A stretch of DNA of 64,000 bases, taken from Octopus vulgaris (taxonomy: Eukaryota). The DNA lies in contig OX597829.1 of the NCBI GenBank assembly GCA_951406725.2, positions 33,542,001 through 33,606,000 of the forward strand, in the 5' to 3' direction. The notes beneath the pieces were generated by a model, which worked only from the letters and a program-made list of their open reading frames with translations, did not search any database and was not told where the DNA came from. Both the position numbers and the translations under genes were made by a program. Below are positions 12,486 through 32,279 of the stretch, one piece after another. Numbering within the stretch: position 1 is the first letter of the stretch; every line of letters begins with the position of its first letter.

Positions 12486-14144
12486 AGTACAGTGAAGAAT
12501 TCCGAGTAGAGGTAGGAGTCCACCAAGGTTCAGTCCTCAGCCCCCTCCTATTTATCATAGTCCTCCAGGCAATAACGGAGGAATTCAAGATAGGATGCCC
12601 CTGGGAGCTCCTCTATGCTGACGACCTTGCTCTAATTGCTGAGTCACTATTAGAACTAGAGGAGAAGTTTCAAGTGTAGAAACAAGGATTAGAATTGAAG
12701 GGCCTTAGAGTCAACCTAGCTAAAACCAAAGTCCTAATAAGTAGGAAGGCAAACCACAAATCCTTTTGGGTAGATGGCCCTGCATGATCTGTAGAAAGGG
12801 TGTAGCTAGAAACTCTATAAGATGTACCCAGTGTAAGCTATGGACACATAAGAGGTGCAGAAATATCAAATGAAGGCTAACTGGGAAGATAATTTTTGTA
12901 TGTGGCAGATGCTTAGGAGCAATAAACACTGAAAATGTGCAGAGAACAACTTCCACCACATTCCAGGGATAAAAACTAGATAGCTTCTGTTACCTAGGTG
13001 CCAAATCAGTAGTGGAGGAGGGTGTGCTGAAAGTGTAGCTGCTAGAATAAGAAGAGCCTGGGCTAAGTTCAGAGAGCTCTTACCTCTGCTAGTGACAAAG
13101 GGCATCTCGCTCAGAGTCAAAGGTAGACTGTATGACGCATGTGTATGAACAGCCATGCTACATGGCAGTGAAACATGAGCCATGACTGCTGAGGACATGT
13201 GTAAGCTTGCAAGGAATGAAGTCAGTATGCTCTGATGGATGTGTAATGTCAGTGTGCATACTCGACAGAGTATTAGTGCCTTGAGAGAAAAGTTGGACCT
13301 AAGAAGCATCAGATGTGGTGTGCAAGAGAGACGACTGCGCTGGTATGGGCATGTGGCGAGCATGGATGTAGATAGTTGTGTGAAAAAGTGCCACACCCTA
13401 GAAGTTGAGGGAAACTGTGGAAGAGGTAGACCCAGGAAGACCGGGGATGAGTTGGTGAAGCACGACCTTCAAACATGAGGCCTCACTGAGGCAATGACTA
13501 GTGACTGGGACCACTGGAAATATGCTGTGCTTGAGAGACTCAGCAAGCGCAAGTGAGACCATAACATTGTGGCCTATGCCAGGGGTGTAACCTGCCCACT
13601 TATGCGTACCTTTCCTTCATTAGACATTAAACTCTGCTTGCAAAGACCTGCTGAGGTAAGTGAAATTGAAATCGAAATCAAATTCGATGACTGGCATCCG
13701 TGCTAGTGGAGCACTAAGAGTACCATACGAGTGTGATCATTGCCAGAGTAACAAGCTGGCCTCCGTGCCGATGGCATGTAAAAAACACTATTCGAGTGTG
13801 ATTGTTACCTGCGTCACCTTACTGGCACTTGTGCTGGTGGCACATAAAAACACATTTGAGCAAGGTCGTTGCCAGTGCCACTGGACTGGGTCCTGTGCAG
13901 GTGGCACATAAAACAAACCATTTGAGTGTGGCTGTTGCCAGTACCGCCTGACTGGCCCTTGTGCCAGTAGCACACAAAAGTACCCACTACACTCTTGGGA
14001 TGGTTGGCGTTACAAAGGGCATCCAGCTGTAGTAACTCTGACAGATCAGATTGCAGTCTGGTGCAGCCATCTTGTTTGTCAGACCTCAGTCAAATCGTCG
14101 AACCTATGCTAGCATGGAAAGTGGACATTAAACAATGATGATGA
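12486..14144 (+). mobile_element. RTE LINE (PHD family), 5'-truncated
   Basis: GVHQGSVLSPLLF, WELLYADDL, PHD at 12781-12912, [16 protein letters not shown], hairpin-array 3' UTR, (GAT)n tail. Confidence 0.93.
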
Positions 14145-14254
14145 TATATATTATATATATATCAATATTAATAGAGGGTAATTAATTAATTAATTAATAA
14201 TTTTACCAAGTAGTATAGGCATGTTAAAAGAACCATTTTAGGTAAACAAATCGC

Positions 14255-14728
14255 TGTCAACTATAATGCCAAGGTCACATTCACAAGAAGACTTTTTGAT
14301 ATTAGTGTTGTAGAGGGAGTAAGTAGACACTGGGTTTTTCCTCCCAAAATGCATGGTGGTACATTTGTCCACAGCCACTGCTGCATTGTGTCCAGGTCTG
14401 ATTGCAATAAAGATCTATAGTGTACAGGATCTGTCCTCTTTATTTCAAGGTACAGCTTGATGTCATCTGCATATTTCAGCACTGTGGCACTCTTTAAGTT
14501 GGCATCTATGTTATTAACATATGCAACAGATAAAAGGGGGCCAAGAACAGATCCCTGTGGTACACCAGATGTCATCTCATAGGGTGAAGAGTGCTGTCCT
14601 AGAACTGTGACAACCTTTTTTAGCCGATAATGAAGGACTTCAACCAGTTATAGAGATCATCTCTTACACCCATTGCAGAGTTTCACTATAAGTCTTTTGT
14701 GTGGCACAGAATTAAAAGCCTTAGCAAA

Positions 14729-14730
<2 letters not shown>
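14255..14730 (-). mobile_element. CR1-like RT fragment
   Basis: [35 protein letters not shown]. Confidence 0.88.
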
Positions 14731-22200
<7,470 letters not shown>

Positions 22201-22293
22201 ACATATGGAGAGTTTAAGGAGAAACAAAAGACTAAGACAGGTGGTGTACAAAACAAACAGATGTATTGGTATAACGCTCAGGAATAGAAACAG

Positions 22294-22330
22294 TTTTTTA
22301 CGTTTCGAGCCTACGCTCTTCTACAGAAAG
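22294..22330 (-). ncRNA. Minimal type I hammerhead-like ribozyme motif in a probable Penelope-like terminal-repeat fragment (22205-22460)
   Basis: Minus strand CTTT-CTGTAGA-A-GAGC-GTAG-GCTC-GAA-ACGT-A-AAAAA: perfect stem II, palindromic stem III, but U at core position 6. Confidence 0.5.
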
Positions 22331-22574
22331 GGAAACAGAGAGAAACAAGGAGAGGAAAAAAAAGGAGAGAAACAAGGAGAGAAAAAAATGAGAGAAGAAA
22401 ATGTGTGTAGTGGCTAACGATCTATCATGGCGACTGTCGGACAGAAGGGTCACACATACATACATATATACATACATATATATGTATATATACGTACATT
22501 ATAAGCATATATATTTATACATATATTTATGCATATATATGCATATATATATATATATATACATACATACATAT

Positions 22575-25265
22575 ACCTGGAAGCTAAAGAACCCTTCACA
22601 TGGTCAGAGATTTAGGGACATCCTCATCAAGAAATTTGATGAGAGGGAGGAGGAGCTACAGAAATTGGACATAGAATGTAGCTGGAAATTCCTACAGGAC
22701 AGCTTGCTGAGTGCCACAGACCAAGTCTGTGGATGGTGCAAAGTCCCTTCCAGACCAAAAGTTATGTGGTGGTAGAATAGTACGGTAGACAAAGCCATCA
22801 GAGCAAAGAAACAGGCCTGGAAAGCCTGGAAGGGAACAGTAACAGGTACCCAAAAGGGAAGCTGGGTGGCAGGTATACATAGCCAAGAGTGAAGCGGAAA
22901 AGAAGTTTGCCAATGTCCAGAGAGGTGAGGACCAAAGAACTGAGGTATTTCGGATTGCAAGACAGTGTGTGAGAGAAAATTGTGATGTCACAGGAGAGAA
23001 ATGCATCCGCATGGATGATGGTGCACTTGCTTTTAATGTTTCTGAAAAGAAAGAGGCTTGGAGAAGCCATTATGAAAGACTGCTGAATGTGGAGAATGAA
23101 TGGGAGGAGGGGAGCCTACCAAATGTTTACCCAGTAAAGGGACCAGCTATCCTAATAGACAGCTCCCTAGTAGATAAAGCAATTAAGGGTATGAAGCCAG
23201 GAAAAGCCCCTGGCCTATCAGGAATCACTGCTGAAATGCTTAAAACATCTGGTGGTGTGGGCTATGGCCTAGTCACCTGCATTGTAAACCAGGTAGTTCA
23301 TAATGGAGTCATACTCAATGACTGGCATAGCAGCACCATAGTCAACTGCTACAAGGTGATGCTCTAGATAGAAATAACTACAGGGGTATCAAACTGCTGG
23401 ATCAGGTGATGAAGGTCACGGAGACGGTCATAGCCCATCTCATCAGGGAGAGAGTTTGCTTAGATGAGATGCAGTTCGGTTTTGTGCTGAGAAGGAGCAC
23501 CACTGAAGCACCACATATTCCTGGTTTGACAACTGCATGAAAAATACCTAGCTAAAGATAAACCCTTCTACTTAGCTTTTGTGGACTTGGAGAAAGTCTT
23601 TGACAGGGTCCCCTGATCCCTTATCTGGTGGGCGATGTGGAAACTGGAGATTGACAAATGGTTAATAAGGGCTGTATAGGCCCTATACAGAGAGGCCATT
23701 AGTAAGGTTAGGACTGGCAATGAGTATAGTGAAGAATTCCAGGTAGAAGTAGGGGTCCACCAACGTTCAGCCTTCAGTCCCCTTTTATTCATCAGTCATC
23801 CAGGCAATAACAGAGGAATTCAAGACGAGTTGCCCCTTGGAGCTCCTCTATGCTGATGACCTGGCCCTCATAGCAGAATCACTACCAGAACTAGAGAAGA
23901 AATTTCAGGTGTGGAAGCTAGATTTAGAATCAAAAGTTATAGTAAGTGGGAAGGCAAACTCATCACACACCCTCTCAGGTAGGTGGCCCTGCTCGATCTG
24001 TAGAAAAGGGTGTAGATAGAAACTCCATAAGATGTATCCAGTGTAAGCTATGGATGCATAAGAAGTGCAGCAACATCAAAGGAAAACTAATCAAGAAGAT
24101 AGCTTTCGCGTGTGGCAGATGCACAGGGGCAATAGACACCACAGATACTCAGAAAACAGATTCCATCACACTCCAGGGGAAGAAACTAGAAGTAGTTAAT
24201 AGTTTCTGCTACCTAGGTGACCAAGTTAGTAGTAGAGGTGGATGCTCACAGAGTGTCACCATTAGAATAAGAATAGCCTGGGCAAAGTTTAGAAAGCTTC
24301 TTCCCTTACTGGTGACAAAGGGTCTCTCGCTCAGAGTGAAAGGTAAATTGTATGATGCATGTGTGCGAACTGCCATGCTTCATGGCAGTGAAACACGGGC
24401 TGTGACTGCGGAGGACATGCATAGGCTTGAAAGAAATGAAGGTAGCATGATCCACAGGATGTATAATGTCAGTGTGCACACACGACAGAGTGTAAGCACC
24501 CTGAGAGAAATGCTGGACATAAGAAGCATCAGATGTGGCATGCAAGAGAGACGTTTGCACTGGAATGGTCATATACTACAAATGGATGAGGAGAGATGTG
24601 TGAAGAAGTGCCACTCCCAAACAGTTGAAGGAATCCAGGGTAGAGGTAGACCCAAGAAGACATGGGATGAGGTGGTCAAGCATCATCTTCAAACGTTGGG
24701 CCTCACAGAGGCAATGACGAAAGACTGAGACCTCTGAAGATATGCTGTGACTGCAAAGACCCAACAAATAAGGTGAGTTCATGGCTGTTTCCTGCACCAG
24801 TTTCACATAGCAGCCCCAGCTTATCCAAAGTATCTTGGATCGCAGGACGGCCTACTGTGCTTACCTTGGATCATAGGGCGACCTGCTTTGCCTGAAGAAA
24901 CCTATTGAGTCAAGTACATCAACTTCAAAATAAAAATCAAATGGAAATTGTAGTTGTGATACTGTGCATGTAAAAAGCACCATCCGAATGTGGCCGATGC
25001 CAGCATCGCATTCACTGGCTTCCGTCCAGGTGGCACATAAAAAGCATGAACCAATCATGGCCATTGCCAGCCAACCCTGGCACCTGTGCAGGTGGCATGT
25101 AAAAAGCACCCTCTACACTCACAGAGTGGTTGGTAGTAGGAAGGACACCCAGCTGTAGAAACACTGCCAGATCAGACTGGAGCCTGGTGCAGCCTCCTGG
25201 CTTCCCAGACCCTGGTTGAACCGTCCAACTCATGCTAGCATGGAAAAGACGTTAAACAATGATGA
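22575..25265 (+). mobile_element. RTE LINE (PHD family), longest copy in the window (~2.7 kb, lacks APE)
   Basis: WRSHYERLLN, GKAPGLSGITAEM, YRGIKLL, DLEKVFDRVP, LLYADDL, PHD, FCYLGD, GRGRPKKTW, 3' tail. Confidence 0.93.
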
Positions 25266-25537
25266 CATATGTATATATACACATATACATACATATATAT
25301 ATGTATGTATGTATATATATATACAGATATATATACAATATATATATATACATAAATACATGTGTATATACACACACATATATATGTATATCTACTTACA
25401 TATATATATATATGCATAAATATATATAGATATATTCACATACACTTACATATATATATGAATAAAAACATATGCACATACACTTACAGATGTATAAGGA
25501 TATATATGCATATATACACACATATATATATGTATAT

Positions 25538-26105
25538 CACCTTGACCGACCAGTCCGTCGGTCGTCCATTTGTCACCACACGCTGTCCACTCCTCTCTGG
25601 ATCGCGCCTTTCTCATCCACATGATCCCAATCGTCCTCCTGAAATTTTAACTCCACCGCCGTGAAGGCCTTCTTGGTGGTCATTTCTGCTTGCGCAGGTA
25701 CCACTCGACAACTGCGTGGGTCCACCGATTATCGGCGAGTCAGGCGACGTATCCAGCCCATCTAAACTTGCTGCGTGTATACTCTGCGATGACATCCCTC
25801 ACGCTGGACTTCTTTCTGATGATCTCGCTATTGATGTGCTCTGTCAATGAGATACTAAGCATTAACCCTTCCATGGCTCTTTGAGCCATTACCAGTCTGC
25901 TCTTCTCTCTTTGTGGAAGCCCATGTTTCACTACCATATAACATTGCAGGTAGAACTGTACTGTTGATGAGGCTGGCGCTATATAGGAAGGGCGATAGCG
26001 AAGATCTAAAGAACTACCGACCTATGTCTGCTGTCTCACATGGACAAGCTGTTCACTAAAATAATTCTGAACAGGTTATCACGTCATCTCGACGAACAAC
26101 AACCG
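25538..26105 (-). mobile_element. RTE-1-like LINE 3' fragment (25538-25980, minus) joined to an inverted RT N-terminal piece (25981-26105, plus)
   Basis: Homologous to 6403-6815; the plus-strand piece reads YRKGDSEDLKNYRP..KLFTKIILNRLSRHLDEQQP. Confidence 0.8.
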
Positions 26106-27181
26106 ATAATGTATAATTTATAAATTTTAATTCTTAATATCACAAAGTATAATCTTTCTCCATCAGGTAGTGCTGGCTGAGATATAATGGTGGTGGGGAA
26201 TGATGTTGTAAGAGAACAGAATTAGAGCTAGTGAGAGTTTAGGGTGTGGGACGTTGTCTCACAGTTGCTGACAGTAAACTCCATTTCTGCCTCTGACCAA
26301 TATTCTAGCTGGTCAGCCGGACTTCGTTGAGTTGTCACCATGTCACTGGACTCATTGAGTTGTCACCGACTGTGACTAACTGATTTTTGCTTGGGTTGTG
26401 CTTGCTTTTATAACTATCCAGAAGGATAGATATATCATTGAGAACAATAGATTTAGTTGGTGGTCTTGTTATCTCTATTCTAGCTTTTGGTGAATTAGAA
26501 GAGGTTAGAAAGGTTCAGATATTTATTTATTAGAACAATCTCCAGATACCACCTTTTCTTGATAGCCAATATCAAGGAAGGGTAAATCAATCTTGAATGC
26601 ACACACACAGCTGTAATAATGAAGTAAATGTGGTGAAGATGTTATTTCGGCCTAGCTAAAGGCATCTGGAAAATGTAAAACTGCTGTCAGAGAAAAACAT
26701 TGTTCCACCGTGGGAAAAGTTCTGCTGCAGTGTTAATTTAAATTTGGCTATGGTGGATCAAATCCACTTCATGCTTGCAAGACCCACTACACTTACATAG
26801 GAGATAAACCCTAAGTGTTAAACCTTTAGAATTGTTCATGGGAGACAACTAAACGGATAGGGACTTTTGGTACAGGTGGTGGGGATGGGAGGCCTTTAGA
26901 AGTGTCCATGGGAGACAACCAAAAGATGTCAGAGGATAAGGACTTCCGGTACAGGTGGTTGGGGTGGGAGTACTGTGAAATTAGAGAAGACCGTCTTCTG
27001 GATTTGTATTGTTTTGGTGGAGTTATTAGAATAAAGTAGCAGAATCCAAGTTAGCCAGCTTATATGGGGTAGGGTGGGTTGGTGGAAGTGTTGGAGAAGC
27101 AAGTGGTTATTGAAACAAAGAGAGAGAGAGAGGGACCAGAGTTAGGCTGGTCAAGGATAGAGCACGAGGGAGAAAAATATT

Positions 27182-27222
<41 letters not shown>

Positions 27223-27425
27223 CATACAGCTATTGATTGTTTGAATTAAGAAGAAACAACTGTAAATTGAAGTAGTAAAATGACTGGCTCACTCCATTCA
27301 TATTTGTCAGTATAAAAACTCAAAGGATACTTGCAGATTTTCAGATATTTATTCATTAGAACAATCTCCAGATACCACCTTTTCTTGATAGCCAATATCC
27401 AGGAAGGGTAAATCAATCTTGAATG

Positions 27426-27456
<31 letters not shown>

Positions 27457-28004
27457 CTTTAATAATGAAGTAAATCCAAATAGTGAGGTTTAAAATCATT
27501 TAATACATACATTTCAGGTCTGCATAATACATAATAGGAAATGCTTCCATTGCACAAGACCTTCTTCAGTTAAAACATTTTAAAATATAAACCAGTTGAT
27601 GGAAGTAGTTCAATATATATGGTCAAAGAAATAGAAGTTGGCTGCTAAGTTATGAGGATGAATATGTATAGAGAGGAAGAAGGAAAGGAGATTGAGAGAG
27701 GAAGAGAGATATGTAAAATGAGGTAGAGGGGAAGGAAAAGAAAGGAAAATGTACAAGAGAATAGTACAGAAAGGAGGGGTTGTTAAATCTGTATGTTTAC
27801 ATATAAAACCTGTGTAAAAAGACAAAGAGTAGAGAATTGAGAGGGTCATGAGTTTAGGGGAGAGGATGGGAGTAAGTGAACCAAATCATGTTATCCTTAA
27901 GCATCTTAGTGAATGGAAGAGGTATACACATGTATACATATATATACACACGCACACATATATATACACATACACACACGTAAGTATAATATAAACACAT
28001 ATAT

Positions 28005-28036
<32 letters not shown>

Positions 28037-28044
28037 TAACTTGA

Positions 28045-28505
28045 GAAATAAAATTACAGGTTAGTTCAAATGCTTGCGACATATTTTTAACTTCTCAAGG
28101 TAATTTCATTGCAGTTTACCATATAGAAAAAATGCTCACCCATGGTAAAAAGTGTAAACATGCCCTTATCAGCTTAGTGGTGTCCTTTCATCACTGCTTA
28201 GCACTATTACTATTGTTTTTGTTCTAAGCAGTCTGCAAGTCAGTCAATAGTATTGATCAATCCATAAGCCCATTGCTTTGTAATCTACCCAGGATTATCT
28301 CCCTTGGGTATCTCCTACTGAGCAAGATTAAGGAGCAAGAGGGGGCACCACTGAGCTGATAAAAGTGTTTTTGTATGGTTTACCATAAGCAAGAATTTTT
28401 TTCTTTAGTAAATTGCACTGATATTGCCTTTAGAAGCTAAAATAGGTCACAAACTAACCTAAAATTTGTTTATTTCCCATCACTGCTAAGTGTCACTACT
28501 ACTGT
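28045..28505. repeat. Imperfect inverted repeat (fold-back/MITE-like), arms ~28045-28190 and ~28340-28480
   Basis: TTATCAGCTTAGTGGTGTCC vs GGCACCACTGAGCTGATAA; AGGTTAGTT vs AACTAACCT; collinear in inverse order. Confidence 0.7.
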
Positions 28506-29199
28506 ACACACACATCATCAACAGTGCAGAGTAAGATCCAGGAAGATGGTAATATAAGTAGAGTAACAATGGTAATCTAAACAGAGTTCCAGTGGTAATC
28601 TAGGTAGAGTTCAGTGCTTAGGTAGTCTTCGGGAGGTGGCAATAATCCAAAATGCAGGTCAAAGAGATGAGGGAGTCCAAGAAAGGAGGAAATTCAGTCA
28701 GGGAGGATCAAACTGGGATGACCAGTGAATATATAATATATGGTACAAAAACAAAATGAAGACAAGGTTAAAAAAAAAAACCCCAACAAATAGGGTGTAT
28801 TAGGTTAAAGCCCAGGAGGAAAAGAAGTAGAGTGAAAAAAAAACAAGTGTGTCTTAATTAAATGAACAATGCATGCCAGAAGAGGAAGAGGTTGGTATGA
28901 GGATTGGGTGGTAGGAGGATTGGTTTGAGGATTGGGTGGTAACAGTGACCTGGCATATGAGTGTGTGAGAATTAAGCATGTGTGTATGAGTATTTGAAGT
29001 TAATGTGTCCATGTGTATGTATGGGCATGTGTGTGTATGTGAGAACAAATATGTGTGTGTATGAAGCTAATATTTGTGTGCATGGATGCGCATTGTGTGT
29101 GTGTATGTGTACAGACATGAAGTATGTATGTATATATGAAGCTATGTGTATGTGTATACTGTGTTTATGCATGTGTAGGGTGTATGCATATACAGGTAT

Positions 29200-31745
29200 G
29201 GGGTGTACAGGAAGCGTAGTACCCCTGACAGGGCAACAGTCGTGCTCCTCCTCGGAGTAGTTGATCCGTCTTGGTCCCCACCTGCACTCAGCTCTCATTT
29301 GTGGCTCCTAGTAGCTCTTTGTAGGCTACGCAAGACTGTCTGGGACAGGAGGGGGATCACCATCATGACAAAGATCAAGGTGTACCGGGCTGTTGTTCTC
29401 ACAACGCTGCTTTACAGCTGCGAATGCTGGATGGTCTACCAGCATCATGCCAGGAAGCTGAACCACTTTCATACAATACACCTCAGAAAACTTCTCAGCA
29501 TAAAGTGGCAGGACAGGTTCCTGGACACCGAGGTACTAATACATGCTAATCTGCCCAGCATCCATACCATCTTGATGCATTCTCAGCTTCGCTGGGAAGG
29601 GCACATAGCTTGCATGTCAGACGATTGATTACCAAAAAGATCAAGCAACTACTAGAGGAAAAACATTGTGTTTACAAAGCTCGCCTCACTGACCCTTAGC
29701 CAGTTTCAAAGAAGGACAGACTGCGGATTGTACAGAGCAAAATCCAAGCGAAGTTGCACCAGATACAGGATTCCTGGCTTAGCAGCAAAGCAGACATGAT
29801 CCAGGGCTTTGCAGACAGAAATGACATGAAGAATTTCTATGACAGCTTGAAGGAAGTTTACAACCCTACTACTGCAAGAACACTGTCTCCCCTCCTTAGT
29901 GCTGACTGGGCAACACTGATCACCGACAAGGAAAAGGTATTAGAGAGATGGGCTGAACATTTCGATAGCGTCCTGAATAGGCCTTCCACCATCAATGGTG
30001 AAGCCATTGATAGGCTACCTCAAGTCCCCGTTGAGGAGTCAATGGACGTTGAACCAACTTTGGAAGAAATTCAGAAAGCATGCCGCCTACTGTCCAGTGG
30101 CAAAGCACCTGGTCTGGACTCCATCCCAGCTGAAGTATTCAAAGAAGGTGGTATGGCCCTGACCAGGAAAATTCACCAGCTGTTTCAGCTCATCTGGATG
30201 CACGAGACAGTGCCTCAAGACTTCAAGAACGGCTCCATCATCCACCTCTACAAGTGAAATGGAAACCACCAGGTCTACAACAATCATCGCGGAATTTCAC
30301 TGCTGTCCATCACAGGCAAGATCCTGGTTAGAGTTTTGCTCAACCGCCTCATTCCACGCCTAGAGCAGGGTCTCCTACCTGAGAGCCAGTGTGGCTTCCA
30401 GAAAGAGCGTGGGACTATCGACATGCTGTTTGTTGCTAGACAGCTGCACAAGTGTCGGGAGCAGAATGTTGACCTCTACTCCACCTACATCAACCTGACC
30501 AAGGCCTTTGATACCGTTAGTAGAGAAGGTCTCTGGAGAATATTGGCGAAGTATGGATGCCCCAGAAAATTCATCACCATCGTAAGACAACTACAGGATG
30601 GCATGTTGGCAAGAGTACAGGACAATGGAGCGACCTGTCTCCAGTGGAGTGAAACAAAGATGTGTCCTTGCTCCCACCTTGCTCAGTCATGCTGACAGAT
30701 GCTTTCACGGACACAGACATAGGCATTGGCATCAAGTACCAGTCCAACAGTTCAGTCTTCAGCCTCAGGAGGTTCAAAGCGAAAACCAAGGTTTCAGTAG
30801 TCAACGATCTCCTGTTCGCTGCCACTGAATCCAACATGCAGCACAGCGTTGACTTGTTCTCTAGTGCCTGCAACAACTTTGGCCTTACTATCAATACAAA
30901 AAAGACTGAGGTAATGTATAAGCCAGCTCCAACCAAGGCCTATGTTAAACCCATCACCACCATCAACTGAAGTGGTGGTTCACCTACATTGGCAGCACAC
31001 TCTCTAGAAATGTTGTCAATAACGAAATCAACGCCAGACTCGCCAAGGCAAGCACTGCCTTCAGCAGGCTACGCAAGACTGTCTGGGACATGATCACCAT
31101 TGTGACAAAGATCAAGGTGTACCGGGCTGTTCTTCTCACAATGCTGCATTACGGCTGCGAATGCATTATGCCAGGAAGCTGAACCACTTTCATACAATAC
31201 GTCTCAGAAAACTTCTCGGCATAAAGTAGCAAGACAGATTCCTGGACACTGAGGTACTAATACGTGCTAACCTGCCCAGCATCCATACCATCTTGATGCA
31301 GTCTCAGCTTCGCTGGGCAGTGCACATAGCTTGCATGTCAGACGATTGATTACCAAAAAGATTACTCTTTGGTGAGCTGCAAAAGGGAAAGTGTTCACAA
31401 GGCAGCCAGAAGAAGCACTTTAAAGACACACTGAAAGCCTTCAACATCGACCATGACACTTGGGAGCAGTCTGCTCTAGACAGAGAAAGGTGGCAATCAG
31501 CTGTCCACAAGGGTGCCAACACACGCGAAACAAATAGGATCGCTGCTACAGAAGACTGAAGACAAGCCAGGAAGAACAGAGCTAACAACCCTGTAGCAGG
31601 TGCTACCATTCCCTGTTCACACTGTCAAAGACTCTTTTGGGCATAGATTGGCCTCACTAGCCACCTGCGGACTCACAAAACAAGCCCATCCCCACCCCAG
31701 GATGACTAGATGGTCTTCGTCGCATCGATGGACAAACTACAATAC
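29200..31745 (+). mobile_element. RTE LINE of BovB/AviRTE type with a C-terminal C2H2 finger; internally rearranged
   Basis: RWAEHFDSVLN, GKAPGLDSIPAE, PESQCGF, LTKAFDTVSR, QLRW.GH; ends IPCSHCQRLF..GLTSHLRTH. Confidence 0.9.
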
Positions 31746-32279
31746 AATACACACGTGTGTGAATTGTGCATTTTTCTGTTCTCAGTTGGTGCATGCGTAT
31801 GAGGCTATAAGACAAAGTATTTGTGCATATGTGTATATGTGTTTATGGGCGCATGTATGTGTGTGAGGCTGACGTGTCGTAGGAGGATGTTAAGTGTTAT
31901 ATTATAGAGATGTAGAGTGGAATAGAGGTGACAAAAGTGGCAGGTCTTGGGAAGTGTGGGATGGAAGCGAGTGTGAAGATGTGTGTGTGTGTGTGTGTGT
32001 ATACACATGCACATGTGTTGCTTGAATGTAAATGGTGAGCAAGGTGAATGTAAATGGTGAGTAATAAGTTAAACGGCATAGGGTACGTGTATTTAAGGTA
32101 GAAGTTGAGAGGGCAGTAGGAAGGCAAGAGGTGTGTGGTGTGTGTAAATGTATGTAGAGGAGAGCCTTAAATGAAAAGAGTGGAGCATTCAGACTACACA
32201 GGACTAAAGTATGAAGAGAGAAAATTCCTGAACCTGATGGAGGTAGAAGTCTGGGTGTTCTCTGTGTAAGGTCAGTCTA

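Noticed and set aside
13690-13995. CRISPR-like reading of the 65-bp repeat array
   Set aside because: Variable parts are only 6-10 nt, repeats are degenerate, the context is a eukaryotic LINE 3' UTR, and there are no cas genes.
27305-27590. Possible plus-strand exons near the duplicated segment
   Set aside because: Short frames with early stops, no recognisable homology and no consistent exon chain.
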